From the sequence record SRR22947727_2786: DNA of 39,019 nt, one strand, 5' to 3'. This document shows, piece after piece, positions 1 through 7,642 of the stretch (position 1 is the first letter of the stretch; every line of letters starts with the position of its first letter). The notes beneath the pieces are model-generated. The model saw nothing but the letters and a program-made list of their open reading frames with translations, was not told where the DNA came from and did no database searches. The position numbers were made by a program, and so were the translations under genes.

Positions 1-203
1 CTAGGGACAGAAAATATTTCCTACCCTAGCGAGGTTTTTTGGAGGTCTAATATACTGTTTATAGAAATTTCCCGGCGACTTTTTGAAAACCCGCCAGCTC
101 GATTCCCCTCGAACCTCCGCAGCCAGCAAAACTTTTTTTGCTACTAAACCTCGGAGAATACTGCAATTTCCACTAAAACACAAAATAATATCAAGATTAG
201 CGT

Positions 204-231
204 TTGACAACTACGATAACTATGCTAGGAT
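204..231 (+). promoter_or_regulatory. sigma70-like early promoter
   Basis: TTGACA (204-209), 16 nt spacer, TAGGAT preceded by TGn; upstream of first ORF with AAGGAG RBS. Confidence 0.65.
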
Positions 232-283
232 CTACTGAGACGAAGCGAGTTTTACTAACTACTAACACGAAGGAGACCATGAC

Positions 284-466
284 ATGAAATCAGAACTTAT
301 CGTACACTACAGCAATAAATCATCACACCCATTCAGAGGCACTCAAGTATTCAACGAGCATAATCTCAGACGATGGGCTATAGCCTTAGTAAAGAACGCA
401 GACATTATTGGAGCTACTTTATATGTTCGCCAGCCAGATGGGACAGACATAGCTGAAGAATATTAG
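284..466 (+). CDS. hypothetical early protein (60 aa)
   Basis: ORF with AAGGAG RBS downstream of promoter; no recognisable motif. Confidence 0.65.
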   Translation: MKSELIVHYSNKSSHPFRGTQVFNEHNLRRWAIALVKNADIIGATLYVRQPDGTDIAEEY

Positions 467-525
467 AGACCCCCCCTCCCCTATTTTTACCCCCCCTACC
501 CTTTATTATTTTGGAGATAACTAAA

Positions 526-609
526 ATGACACTACTAGACTTAATTATCGTGGCAGGCATCATGCTTGTCGGTTCACAAATCATAATCACAATGACAGGA
601 GAAAAGTAA
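526..609 (+). CDS. small hydrophobic peptide (27 aa, MTLLDLIIVAGIMLVGSQIIITMTGEK)
   Basis: Below ORF-track cutoff; GGAG RBS; one hydrophobic stretch; TAATG overlap with next ORF. Confidence 0.55.
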   Translation: MTLLDLIIVAGIMLVGSQIIITMTGEK

Positions 610-689
610 TGAAGATCATGCTACTATACGTACTGATTATGATCGCACCCTTCATCGTATGGAGTATCGCAGATAGATTCGGAAAATAA
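609..689 (+). CDS. small hydrophobic peptide (26 aa, MKIMLLYVLIMIAPFIVWSIADRFGK)
   Basis: AGGAG RBS, TAATG coupling, single TM-like segment. Confidence 0.55.
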   Translation: MKIMLLYVLIMIAPFIVWSIADRFGK

Positions 690-692
690 TAC

Positions 693-721
693 TTGACACT
701 AACTAGACATTCGTATACCTT
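693..721 (+). promoter_or_regulatory. sigma70-like early promoter
   Basis: TTGACA-17 nt-TACCTT, followed by A/C-rich leader and AGGAG RBS. Confidence 0.7.
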
Positions 722-761
722 TACTACAGACACGAAACAAAACTTTAACAGGAGATAAGAG

Positions 762-989
762 ATGAGTCAGTTCCAGAAATCAAAACATTGCCGCAACTGC
801 GGATGTAACACACTACACGTAAAACCAGACGTATCCTGTACCAGCTTCGGACTTAGCTTTGGCATGGCAGCGTTAACTGTGCTTACTTGCGGCTTATTCC
901 TACCAGTCGCTATCATCATGATAGTGCTTGATGGAGCTAAGCGTGGATCTGTCGGCTACAACTGCCAGCGATGCGGCACTCGAAACTAA
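762..989 (+). CDS. membrane-associated zinc-ribbon protein (LITAF-like architecture)
   Basis: CRNC ... hydrophobic segment ... CQRC; AGGAG RBS. Confidence 0.6.
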   Translation: MSQFQKSKHCRNCGCNTLHVKPDVSCTSFGLSFGMAALTVLTCGLFLPVAIIMIVLDGAKRGSVGYNCQRCGTRN

Positions 990-1005
990 CATAAGGAGAA
1001 CTAAC

Positions 1006-1437
1006 ATGAAGATTAAGAAGACAGTTGGGTTTATTAGCGGAGAAGGTAGTCGTAAAGGCTACGACATCCATACCGAGTGCGGTGAGGTGTTCCGAGCTAC
1101 ACCACTAGGATCACAACGATACCAGTGCAACGGGCTAAGCTACAAGAGCCTCAGAGCAGTCAAGGATAGCATAATCAAGGGAGCATTAGCTGAGACTGAT
1201 GATGACGAGGTAGCTGCTGATGAGACCTCGACATCCGATGGGGCGGACACTTGGGATTGTGTGCATCCATGTGCTTTACTGATCGCATTGCTCAAAGCAG
1301 AAGACTACCTCGGCTACCGGACAGCTATCGAAACTCTCGATAACTATGGATGGCTCGACTGCATGGGTCGGCCAGACATCGCCAGAGCAGAGCGTGAGAT
1401 AGCTCGTGTAAAAAATCTCAAAAAATCTTCAGAATAG
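1006..1437 (+). CDS. hypothetical early protein (143 aa)
   Basis: Start moved to ATG 1006 behind AAGGAG; basic N-terminus, acidic linker. Confidence 0.7.
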   Translation: MKIKKTVGFISGEGSRKGYDIHTECGEVFRATPLGSQRYQCNGLSYKSLRAVKDSIIKGALAETDDDEVAADETSTSDGADTWDCVHPCALLIALLKAEDYLGYRTAIETLDNYGWLDCMGRPDIARAEREIARVKNLKKSSE

Positions 1438-1440
1438 CTG

Positions 1441-1469
1441 TAGACAGCCATGAACCAAGTCGATACCTT
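1441..1469 (+). promoter_or_regulatory. sigma70-like early promoter
   Basis: TAGACA-17 nt-TACCTT; same -10 hexamer as promoter at 693. Confidence 0.6.
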
Positions 1470-1484
1470 ATACGTATCAAGAGT

Positions 1485-1517
1485 ATGAGCTTCGCCGGAT
1501 ACGCTCTAACCGGCTTT
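1485..1517 (+). repeat. 33-nt dispersed leader element, copy 1 (pseudoknot/leader-peptide candidate)
   Basis: ATGAGCTTCGCCGGATACGCTCTAACCGGCTTT; 32/33 identical to 8968-9000. Confidence 0.9.
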
Positions 1518-1546
1518 ACTTTCACTTTACTTTGAGGAGCTTTATT

Positions 1547-1633
1547 ATGTACGATTTCGATTCACCAGTTCAGGACATCACTCGCGAAGACTTCACCGCA
1601 CTTTGGATGGAGTACATCAGCGACGAAAACTGA
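1547..1633 (+). CDS. small acidic peptide (28 aa, MYDFDSPVQDITREDFTALWMEYISDEN)
   Basis: GAGGAG RBS; directly downstream of promoter and leader element. Confidence 0.6.
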   Translation: MYDFDSPVQDITREDFTALWMEYISDEN

Positions 1634-1771
1634 AAAAACTTTTCTGGCGTAAGTGTAAAAACGCCAAGCAGTTACGGAAACGAGAGAAACTAATTTTAAT
1701 TTTAATCCGCTAAACCCGTCAATTAGTGACTATACCTTTTGACGGGCAACAACAACGAAAGAGAGTTAAAC

Positions 1772-2092
1772 ATGAGTAAGCACACCACACGACCGACAGA
1801 CGACACTAGCAAAGACTTCTGCGTGTTCTTCATGTCGATCAAAAATTATCCCGGCGAGCTTTACTACAGTACACGTAAAGAAGCTCAGGAGATGTTCGAT
1901 ACGATGACAGATGGGAGTATCATCTGGGCTAAGATCGTCTACATGCCAGAGTTCAAGGTAGTGGCTGAATTCAATAATGAGTTCCACGCTCCTATCCTGA
2001 CGAAGACAAAGGCAGTCGAGAAGCCTTGGGTTAACACTGTCGATGGAAAATCTCCAGAAGCAGCGGTTGACTACGCAAACTTCGAAGACTAA
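1772..2092 (+). CDS. hypothetical early protein (106 aa)
   Basis: ATG 1772 behind GAGAG and a CAA-rich leader; TACCTT -10 at 1733-1738. Confidence 0.65.
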   Translation: MSKHTTRPTDDTSKDFCVFFMSIKNYPGELYYSTRKEAQEMFDTMTDGSIIWAKIVYMPEFKVVAEFNNEFHAPILTKTKAVEKPWVNTVDGKSPEAAVDYANFED

Positions 2093-2137
2093 ACTATACG
2101 TATTACAGTTCTTTACTTTTCTTGGAGGGAAACAGAT

Positions 2138-2416
2138 ATGAAAGATTACACAACCAATAACGCTAACCCAGCACTTCCACCACAGTGGAACGATTGCACT
2201 ACTTGCGGTGCAGGCATCACTCGGAAGACTGACGAATCACAGCAATGCCGAAGCTGTCGAGAAGATCAGGTCAGGCGAGAGATTAGCGGTGCATACGCCG
2301 ATTACGAGCAGCTAGACCGCGAGGTGTTCGGTAGCTACGGTTTCGGTAAGAATAACAATCCTAGTGAGTGGGGTTATGGTGATTCAGATTGTAGCTCAAC
2401 AGGGGGGTGGGGTTAA
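2138..2416 (+). CDS. hypothetical zinc-finger protein
   Basis: CTTC ... CRSC pairs; GGAGG RBS. Confidence 0.65.
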   Translation: MKDYTTNNANPALPPQWNDCTTCGAGITRKTDESQQCRSCREDQVRREISGAYADYEQLDREVFGSYGFGKNNNPSEWGYGDSDCSSTGGWG

Positions 2417-2417
2417 T

Positions 2418-3005
2418 ATGACAGATTCAGAACTATACCAAAACCTACTGGACGCATCAGAGGCTTTGCTAAGAAATGACATGTTATTGGAAGGTGTATC
2501 CCATGTAGAGGAGGTAGCCAACCAAGCATACGTAATGATAAAAGACGGTAGCTTGAAGTTATCGAACGAGAACCCATCATATAAAGCTGTAGTCTTGACA
2601 GCAAAGAAGGTCTTAACTGGAGGTACTGCCACTTATCGGAACGATAAAAACAAGAGCGATTTCAAGAAATTGAAGTACGGAAAGTTTGTCCAGTACCAAG
2701 GCTTAGAAGATCAGATAGCAGGCTTTACCTACTCTGAACCCGATTCAGACCTCGATGAAGTTCTACCACTAATCCTAGGCATGATGAGCGAGAAAGGCAG
2801 GGAGATCGTCGAAGGTATCCAACCCTTCGAAGGTAATATTAATGCCTATGCTGAGTCTATCGGCATACCGCAGAGAACAGCCCACGACAGAGTTAATAAA
2901 GCTCGTAAAGAGTTCCTTAGCCTCATCCCTGAAGACTGCGTCCTTTACAACACCTCTCGTCGGTTACGCCGTCGATACAATATTGGAGATTACGATGTCA
3001 ATTAA
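2418..3005 (+). CDS. sigma-70/ECF-like transcription factor (region 4 HTH)
   Basis: C-terminal MSEKGREIV...AESIGIPQRTAHDRVNKARKEF resembles a sigma region 4 HTH; ~195 aa. Confidence 0.55.
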   Translation: MTDSELYQNLLDASEALLRNDMLLEGVSHVEEVANQAYVMIKDGSLKLSNENPSYKAVVLTAKKVLTGGTATYRNDKNKSDFKKLKYGKFVQYQGLEDQIAGFTYSEPDSDLDEVLPLILGMMSEKGREIVEGIQPFEGNINAYAESIGIPQRTAHDRVNKARKEFLSLIPEDCVLYNTSRRLRRRYNIGDYDVN

Positions 3006-5232
3006 GAACTACCGCAATTGGCTCGTCTGGCAACAGAAGCACCAACCCGTCTCTGCCCTCACAGGCAAGTCAGCAGGCTGGAACCGCAACCTAGCCACAT
3101 ACGCCGAAGCAGAGCAATTCTGCCTCGACAATCCCGGCTACCAGATTGGTCTATGCTTCTCCGATGACTTGCCGTATGTAGGCTTAGACCTCGACGCTTG
3201 CATCGGTGAGAATGGCTTAGAAGACTGGGCTAGAGACGTTATCTTATCGTTGGTTGATTGTATGGTCATCGACAATTTGAGCGTCTCAGGCACGGGTGCG
3301 AAGGTTGTGCTGCGATGTAGCGAGGCTGTCAAGAGAGGTGTTAAGTTTGTTGAGGCTGCTCAGCATGGCGACCATAAGCCGCAGATTGAGCTATTCAGCG
3401 ATAACAAATACTTCGCATTGACTTCACCGCTCTACATCGACGACGAAGCTGATGAAGCTAACCTAGACACTCTTAGCGAGATCATGGGCTACGATGTTAC
3501 AGCTTTCGAGGCGATAGAATCTTCAGACGCTACATCCGGCGAGACATCGCCAGAAGAGCTACGAGGGATGCTCGACAAGCTAGACATCGAGAACTACGAC
3601 ACTCGCGAGAGTTGGTTCAAGATGCTGAGTGCGGCTCACCATGCTACAGGAGGCTCAGACGAAGGTTTAGAAGTCTTTAAAGCATGGTCGGCGGGTGATG
3701 AGTCCAACTACAACGAAGCCCATTTACAGCGAGACTGGGATAGCTTGGACACTAACACCGCTAGGCCAATCACAGTGGCTACAATCGTTAAGGAGATAGC
3801 TCCTGAAGATCGGCCACGCATTGAACCTAACCAAGACTTCGAGCCAATCGCAGCACCTAAGTCAACATCTCGGCTACTAGGCTGGTTGCTGAATGAGACG
3901 ACTCGAAACCACAGCAAAGTGGTGGAGCAGTTGGCTGTAGACCGCGAAGGTGAGGTTATCAAGTATGTAGTGGATTGGGATAGCTGGATCATCTACGATG
4001 GGAGTAAATGGGTGCGAGACAATAAAGGCTCACGCTTCCACCAGCATATGATCGAGTACGTAAATTCGCTTATGTCTCGCATACCCGACAATGGGGACAG
4101 CGAGCAGGCAGCTAAGGCACTAGGCTGGGTGAGTAGCTTGCTGAACTATAACCAGACTATGGGAGTAGTAAGGCAGGCAAAAGGTGAACGGGGCTTGATG
4201 ATTACGCTGGAGGAGATGGGTGAAAAGCCTTACCTCCTAAATTTCCGAAATGGGACTTATGATCTTGAGCAAGATGAATTTCGAGGGCACGAACCGGGCG
4301 ACTACCTATTCCACTCCTGTGAGACGGATTATGTGGCTGACCAAAAGGCTGAGTTATGGGATCGAGTTATTAGGGAGATTTTCGATGGAAATACTGAACT
4401 CATTAGCTACGTCAGACGGTTGCTTGGGTATAGCATCTCAGGCGACACTAGCGATCCTGTATTCAACATCTTTTACGGTGGCGGTGCGAATGGTAAGTCT
4501 ACAGTTGTTGGTACTATCAGCGGTCTGCTTGGCGAATATTCTAGGGATTTGCCCTCAGAGCTATTCAACAAGCAGAAAGAACTGCATCCTACATACCTCG
4601 CAACTTTACGAGGGGCAAGGCTTGCAGTCGTCGCAGAGATGGAAAGTGACGTACAACTCGCGGAAGCGACAATCAAGAAGGTGACATCATCTGACAAGAT
4701 TGAAGCACGTAGGATGCGAGAAGATCCTTGGAGCTTTAAGCCTTCACATACTTCGGTGCTGTGTACTAATCACCTCCCGACTGTACGTGGAAGCGATAAG
4801 GGCATCTGGCGGCGGCTCAAGTGTGTACCGTTTAACGTGGATCTGTCAGATAGGAAGGATGCGACGATTCCAGAGCGACTCACGCATGAATATGCTGGGA
4901 TAGCTAACTGGCTCATCGAAGGTTATCGCGAGTATAAGAAGCAAGGCATCGGGAGCTGTAAAGCAGTCGAAGAAGCTACAGCATCTTATCGAGATGGTGA
5001 AGATGAGTTTCGCCGAATGTTCGAGGATCTTTTTGCTGAAGCTGAAGATGCCTGCTTACCAGTTGTGGACGCACTCCAAGTGTATGCCGCGAATGGTGGC
5101 CGGTTAGGGCGTAAGAAGTTCGTGAGTGAGATGGAGAGGATGGGCTTCACAGCCAAGAGAAACCGAGTCAACGGGGCACAGGTTCACAGTTTCAAAGGTT
5201 TACGATTAGTAATGACAGAATTTGGAGGATGA
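2995..5232 (+). CDS. primase-polymerase / PriCT-2 / D5-like SF3 helicase (P4-family primase)
   Basis: N-terminal GLDLDAC, SVSGTG, IELFS motifs; PriCT-2-like WFKMLSAAHH..FKAWS; LNFRNGTYDL; Walker A GGGANGKST; DKGIWRR; ATG 2995 behind GGAG. Confidence 0.9.
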   Translation: MSIKNYRNWLVWQQKHQPVSALTGKSAGWNRNLATYAEAEQFCLDNPGYQIGLCFSDDLPYVGLDLDACIGENGLEDWARDVILSLVDCMVIDNLSVSGTGAKVVLRCSEAVKRGVKFVEAAQHGDHKPQIELFSDNKYFALTSPLYIDDEADEANLDTLSEIMGYDVTAFEAIESSDATSGETSPEELRGMLDKLDIENYDTRESWFKMLSAAHHATGGSDEGLEVFKAWSAGDESNYNEAHLQRDWDSLDTNTARPITVATIVKEIAPEDRPRIEPNQDFEPIAAPKSTSRLLGWLLNETTRNHSKVVEQLAVDREGEVIKYVVDWDSWIIYDGSKWVRDNKGSRFHQHMIEYVNSLMSRIPDNGDSEQAAKALGWVSSLLNYNQTMGVVRQAKGERGLMITLEEMGEKPYLLNFRNGTYDLEQDEFRGHEPGDYLFHSCETDYVADQKAELWDRVIREIFDGNTELISYVRRLLGYSISGDTSDPVFNIFYGGGANGKSTVVGTISGLLGEYSRDLPSELFNKQKELHPTYLATLRGARLAVVAEMESDVQLAEATIKKVTSSDKIEARRMREDPWSFKPSHTSVLCTNHLPTVRGSDKGIWRRLKCVPFNVDLSDRKDATIPERLTHEYAGIANWLIEGYREYKKQGIGSCKAVEEATASYRDGEDEFRRMFEDLFAEAEDACLPVVDALQVYAANGGRLGRKKFVSEMERMGFTAKRNRVNGAQVHSFKGLRLVMTEFGG

Positions 5233-5438
5233 TCATGATGGATTGGATTAGAGAGAAGCTGGCAAGTAAGCAGCAGGCAATCGAGGACGGTGTATGCAAC
5301 CTATGCGGTGAACCTGTTCTCAGCTTTAAAGACCAACTGAGTCTCGACGAGTATGAGATCTCAGGAATCTGCGGGAACTGCCAAGATGAGTTATTTGAAC
5401 CTGACCCATATTTCGAGGAGGACGAAAATGAAGTATAA
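5229..5438 (+). CDS. small zinc-binding protein
   Basis: CNLC ... EYEISGICGNCQD; ATGA overlap with primase. Confidence 0.65.
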   Translation: MIMMDWIREKLASKQQAIEDGVCNLCGEPVLSFKDQLSLDEYEISGICGNCQDELFEPDPYFEEDENEV

Positions 5439-6204
5439 ACTTAGACCTAGCGGCTCCGCTCGCTGGTTAGCTTGCCCAGCATCTTTGGTGCTGGAGGCTG
5501 GTGTAGCTCCTGAGAAGCGAGACGACATGATCGCGGCTTATCTCGGCTCAGCAACACACGAACTGCTTGAGATGTGTATCAAGCAGCAGAAGCGTGCTGA
5601 GGAGTTCCGAGGCGAGCATATCACTGTGTTTGATGAAGAGTACCAGAACTTTCCTTATGTTAAGGAAGTTGATCAGGCAATGATCGAGTCGGTTAACTTC
5701 TTCATCGACGAAGTGGGCGAGCCATTGCCAGACTCGGAAGTTTACTCTGAGTTGGAGATGGAACATAGCGAGCTACCAGAGTTGCGAGGTACGGCGGATT
5801 TCCTGTGTATTCACGGAGAACACGCATTACTCGCAGACCTGAAGAATGGAACGGGTATCGTTCAGGTACAGAAGAGAGATGGGACAATTAACACTCAGCT
5901 TCTCTCCTATGCCTCGATGGTGTTCGATAAGTTCCCGCAGGTTGAGACTATGACGATAGCTATTGTCCAACCAAACGGTAAAACTAAGAAGAAAGTACGC
6001 TCCACAGGAATAAATCGCAAAACTTGTGAAATATACCTTGACAGGGTACGAGAGGCCGCTAAACTAGCTAATGAGTCAACCGAAGCTACACTGGACGTGA
6101 TAACTACAACCGGCTCTCACTGTTTCTTTTGCAAGGCTCGTAACCTATGCCCTGCAAGAGGTAAGGCAGAAATCGACAGGGATTTCGGAGGCAGCGATGC
6201 TTGA
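5428..6204 (+). CDS. Cas4-like PD-(D/E)xK exonuclease (DUF2800 family)
   Basis: RPSGSARWLACP, GTAD, DLKNG, QLLSYA, C-terminal CFFCKARNLCP; GAGGAGG RBS. Confidence 0.85.
   Translation: MKYKLRPSGSARWLACPASLVLEAGVAPEKRDDMIAAYLGSATHELLEMCIKQQKRAEEFRGEHITVFDEEYQNFPYVKEVDQAMIESVNFFIDEVGEPLPDSEVYSELEMEHSELPELRGTADFLCIHGEHALLADLKNGTGIVQVQKRDGTINTQLLSYASMVFDKFPQVETMTIAIVQPNGKTKKKVRSTGINRKTCEIYLDRVREAAKLANESTEATLDVITTTGSHCFFCKARNLCPARGKAEIDRDFGGSDA
6038..6065 (+). promoter_or_regulatory. internal sigma70-like promoter upstream of SSB gene
   Basis: TTGACA-16 nt-TAAACT inside the DUF2800 gene. Confidence 0.4.
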
Positions 6205-6277
6205 TGAAGAGTGGTACGGATTATGTATATTTTTAGAATGGCTTTATTCGGAGGAGACGCTAACCAAAGTAAAATAA
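6197..6277 (+). CDS. small peptide (26 aa, MLDEEWYGLCIFLEWLYSEETLTKVK)
   Basis: GGAGG RBS, overlaps end of DUF2800 gene. Confidence 0.4.
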   Translation: MLDEEWYGLCIFLEWLYSEETLTKVK

Positions 6278-6307
6278 GTTTAAGAAGTTTAAGAAGTTTT
6301 TAAGTTT
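6275..6307 (+). repeat. AT-rich short tandem repeat (AAGTTT/AAGTTTAAG units) in SSB leader
   Basis: taagtttaagaagtttaagaagtttttaagttt. Confidence 0.8.
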
Positions 6308-6336
6308 ACTAAGTATTAAAAAGAAAGAGATTTATT

Positions 6337-6852
6337 ATGTCTACCAGAATTACAACCCCAACATTTATTGCCAGCTTCCCTAACCTTTTCGAAGCATCAG
6401 GCTTCGAAGGGCAAGAACCTAAGTTTAGCGTAACAATGCTTTGGGAAAAAGAAGAAGACCTATCGGCACTGAAGGCTGCATGTGAAGCAGCAATCGTAAA
6501 GAAGTGGGGCGATAAGAGACCAGCTAACATTCAATTTCCACTGAAAAACGGTGACGAGAAGCTGGATGCAGAGGGTAAAGTACGACCTGAGTATAAGGGT
6601 CGGAAGTATGCCATCGCGAAGGCTAAGCAATCAGATCCACCAAAGGTTGTGGACTTGGAGCTTAACCCGGTTCTCGACAAAACAGTCGTCTACGGCGGTT
6701 GTGAGTTGCGAGCAGCGGTCTCTGCTTACGGCTGGGATTTTGCTGGCAAGAAGGGTGTAAGCCTATATCTCGGCAATGTGCAGCTAGTGTCTCCCGGAAC
6801 CCCATTCGGTGGCGGCGGCAACTCGGTAGAATCTGACTTCGGTGGATTCTAA
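6337..6852 (+). CDS. single-stranded DNA-binding protein (DUF2815, T7 gp2.5-like)
   Basis: SFPNLFE, PKFSVT, PLKNGDEK, VYGGC, KKGVSLYLGNVQ, tail ending DFGGF; follows DUF2800. Confidence 0.88.
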   Translation: MSTRITTPTFIASFPNLFEASGFEGQEPKFSVTMLWEKEEDLSALKAACEAAIVKKWGDKRPANIQFPLKNGDEKLDAEGKVRPEYKGRKYAIAKAKQSDPPKVVDLELNPVLDKTVVYGGCELRAAVSAYGWDFAGKKGVSLYLGNVQLVSPGTPFGGGGNSVESDFGGF

Positions 6853-6866
6853 TCATTACTAACCAC

Positions 6867-6900
6867 AGTAGCCCCTCAATAGTGGGGGGCTGCTTTTTCT
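6867..6900 (+). terminator. intrinsic terminator after SSB
   Basis: AGTAGCCCCTC / GGGGGGCTGCT stem followed by T tract. Confidence 0.8.
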
Positions 6901-6923
6901 TTTATTTTTATTAAGATTACCCA

Positions 6924-6951
6924 TTGATCTCGCCGATACCATGTGTATACT
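6924..6951 (+). promoter_or_regulatory. sigma70-like promoter of HNH cassette
   Basis: TTGATC-16 nt-TATACT; shares CATGTGTATACT with 8589-8616. Confidence 0.6.
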
Positions 6952-6987
6952 GTAACTGAGGCCAAGAAACTAAACGAAAGGGAGACC

Positions 6988-7626
6988 ATGAAAACTTGTA
7001 GCAAATGTAAGATTGAGAAGCCTTTCGAGGACTTCTATAAGCGTAAATCAACGAAAGATGGATTTCGGAGCCAATGCAAGGTTTGCGAGAAAGCCTACGC
7101 TAGATCGGAAGCTGGGAGGGCTTCAGCAGCGAGGTCGAACGCCAAGCCTTCAACAAAGGCTAGGAAGCTGGCTTGGAAGAAGACAGAGAAGGGAAGGGAG
7201 GCCGAGGCTAGATACGAGAGGTCGCAAGCAGGGAGAGCCAAGAACTCTAGGTATAGGAAATCGGATAAAGGTAGAGCTACTTGGCAGGCATACTACGCCA
7301 AGCACTCTGATGAATACAAGCTACGTGCTAAGGAACACGGCGTTACAAGAAGAGCATGGAAACACGACACAACTTCAGACGACTGGAAACCATCAGAGGT
7401 CTTCAACTCAGCCAACTGGAGATGCTTCTACTGCGGAGTTGACGTGGAGGTTAGGCGAGAGCGTTGGGTCAGCCAGCCTAACGAAGCACAAGCAGATCAT
7501 TTCATACCATTAAGTAGAGGAGGAACTAACGAGCGTAAAAACATCGTCTGCTCATGCGGACAGTGTAACTTGAGTAAGGGAAGTAAGAACCCGTTTGATT
7601 TCATTCGGGACAACATTAACCAGTAA
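6988..7626 (+). CDS. HNH endonuclease with N-terminal zinc finger
   Basis: KTCSKC...CKVC; CFYCG, DHFIPLSRGGTN, CGQCNLSKG; ATG 6988 behind GGGAG. Confidence 0.9.
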   Translation: MKTCSKCKIEKPFEDFYKRKSTKDGFRSQCKVCEKAYARSEAGRASAARSNAKPSTKARKLAWKKTEKGREAEARYERSQAGRAKNSRYRKSDKGRATWQAYYAKHSDEYKLRAKEHGVTRRAWKHDTTSDDWKPSEVFNSANWRCFYCGVDVEVRRERWVSQPNEAQADHFIPLSRGGTNERKNIVCSCGQCNLSKGSKNPFDFIRDNINQ

Positions 7627-7642
7627 TTGGAGGAGTAGAGTT

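Noticed and set aside
1-210. 69-aa minus-strand ORF at the left end
   Set aside because: Non-ATG start without RBS; overlaps promoter and inverted-repeat region; no protein features
5428-6204. Cas4-like gene as evidence of a CRISPR-Cas system
   Set aside because: No array or other cas genes; DUF2800 next to SSB is a standard phage replication/recombination gene
7013-7513. 166-aa alternative-frame ORF within the HNH gene
   Set aside because: No RBS or motifs; the HNH frame explains the region
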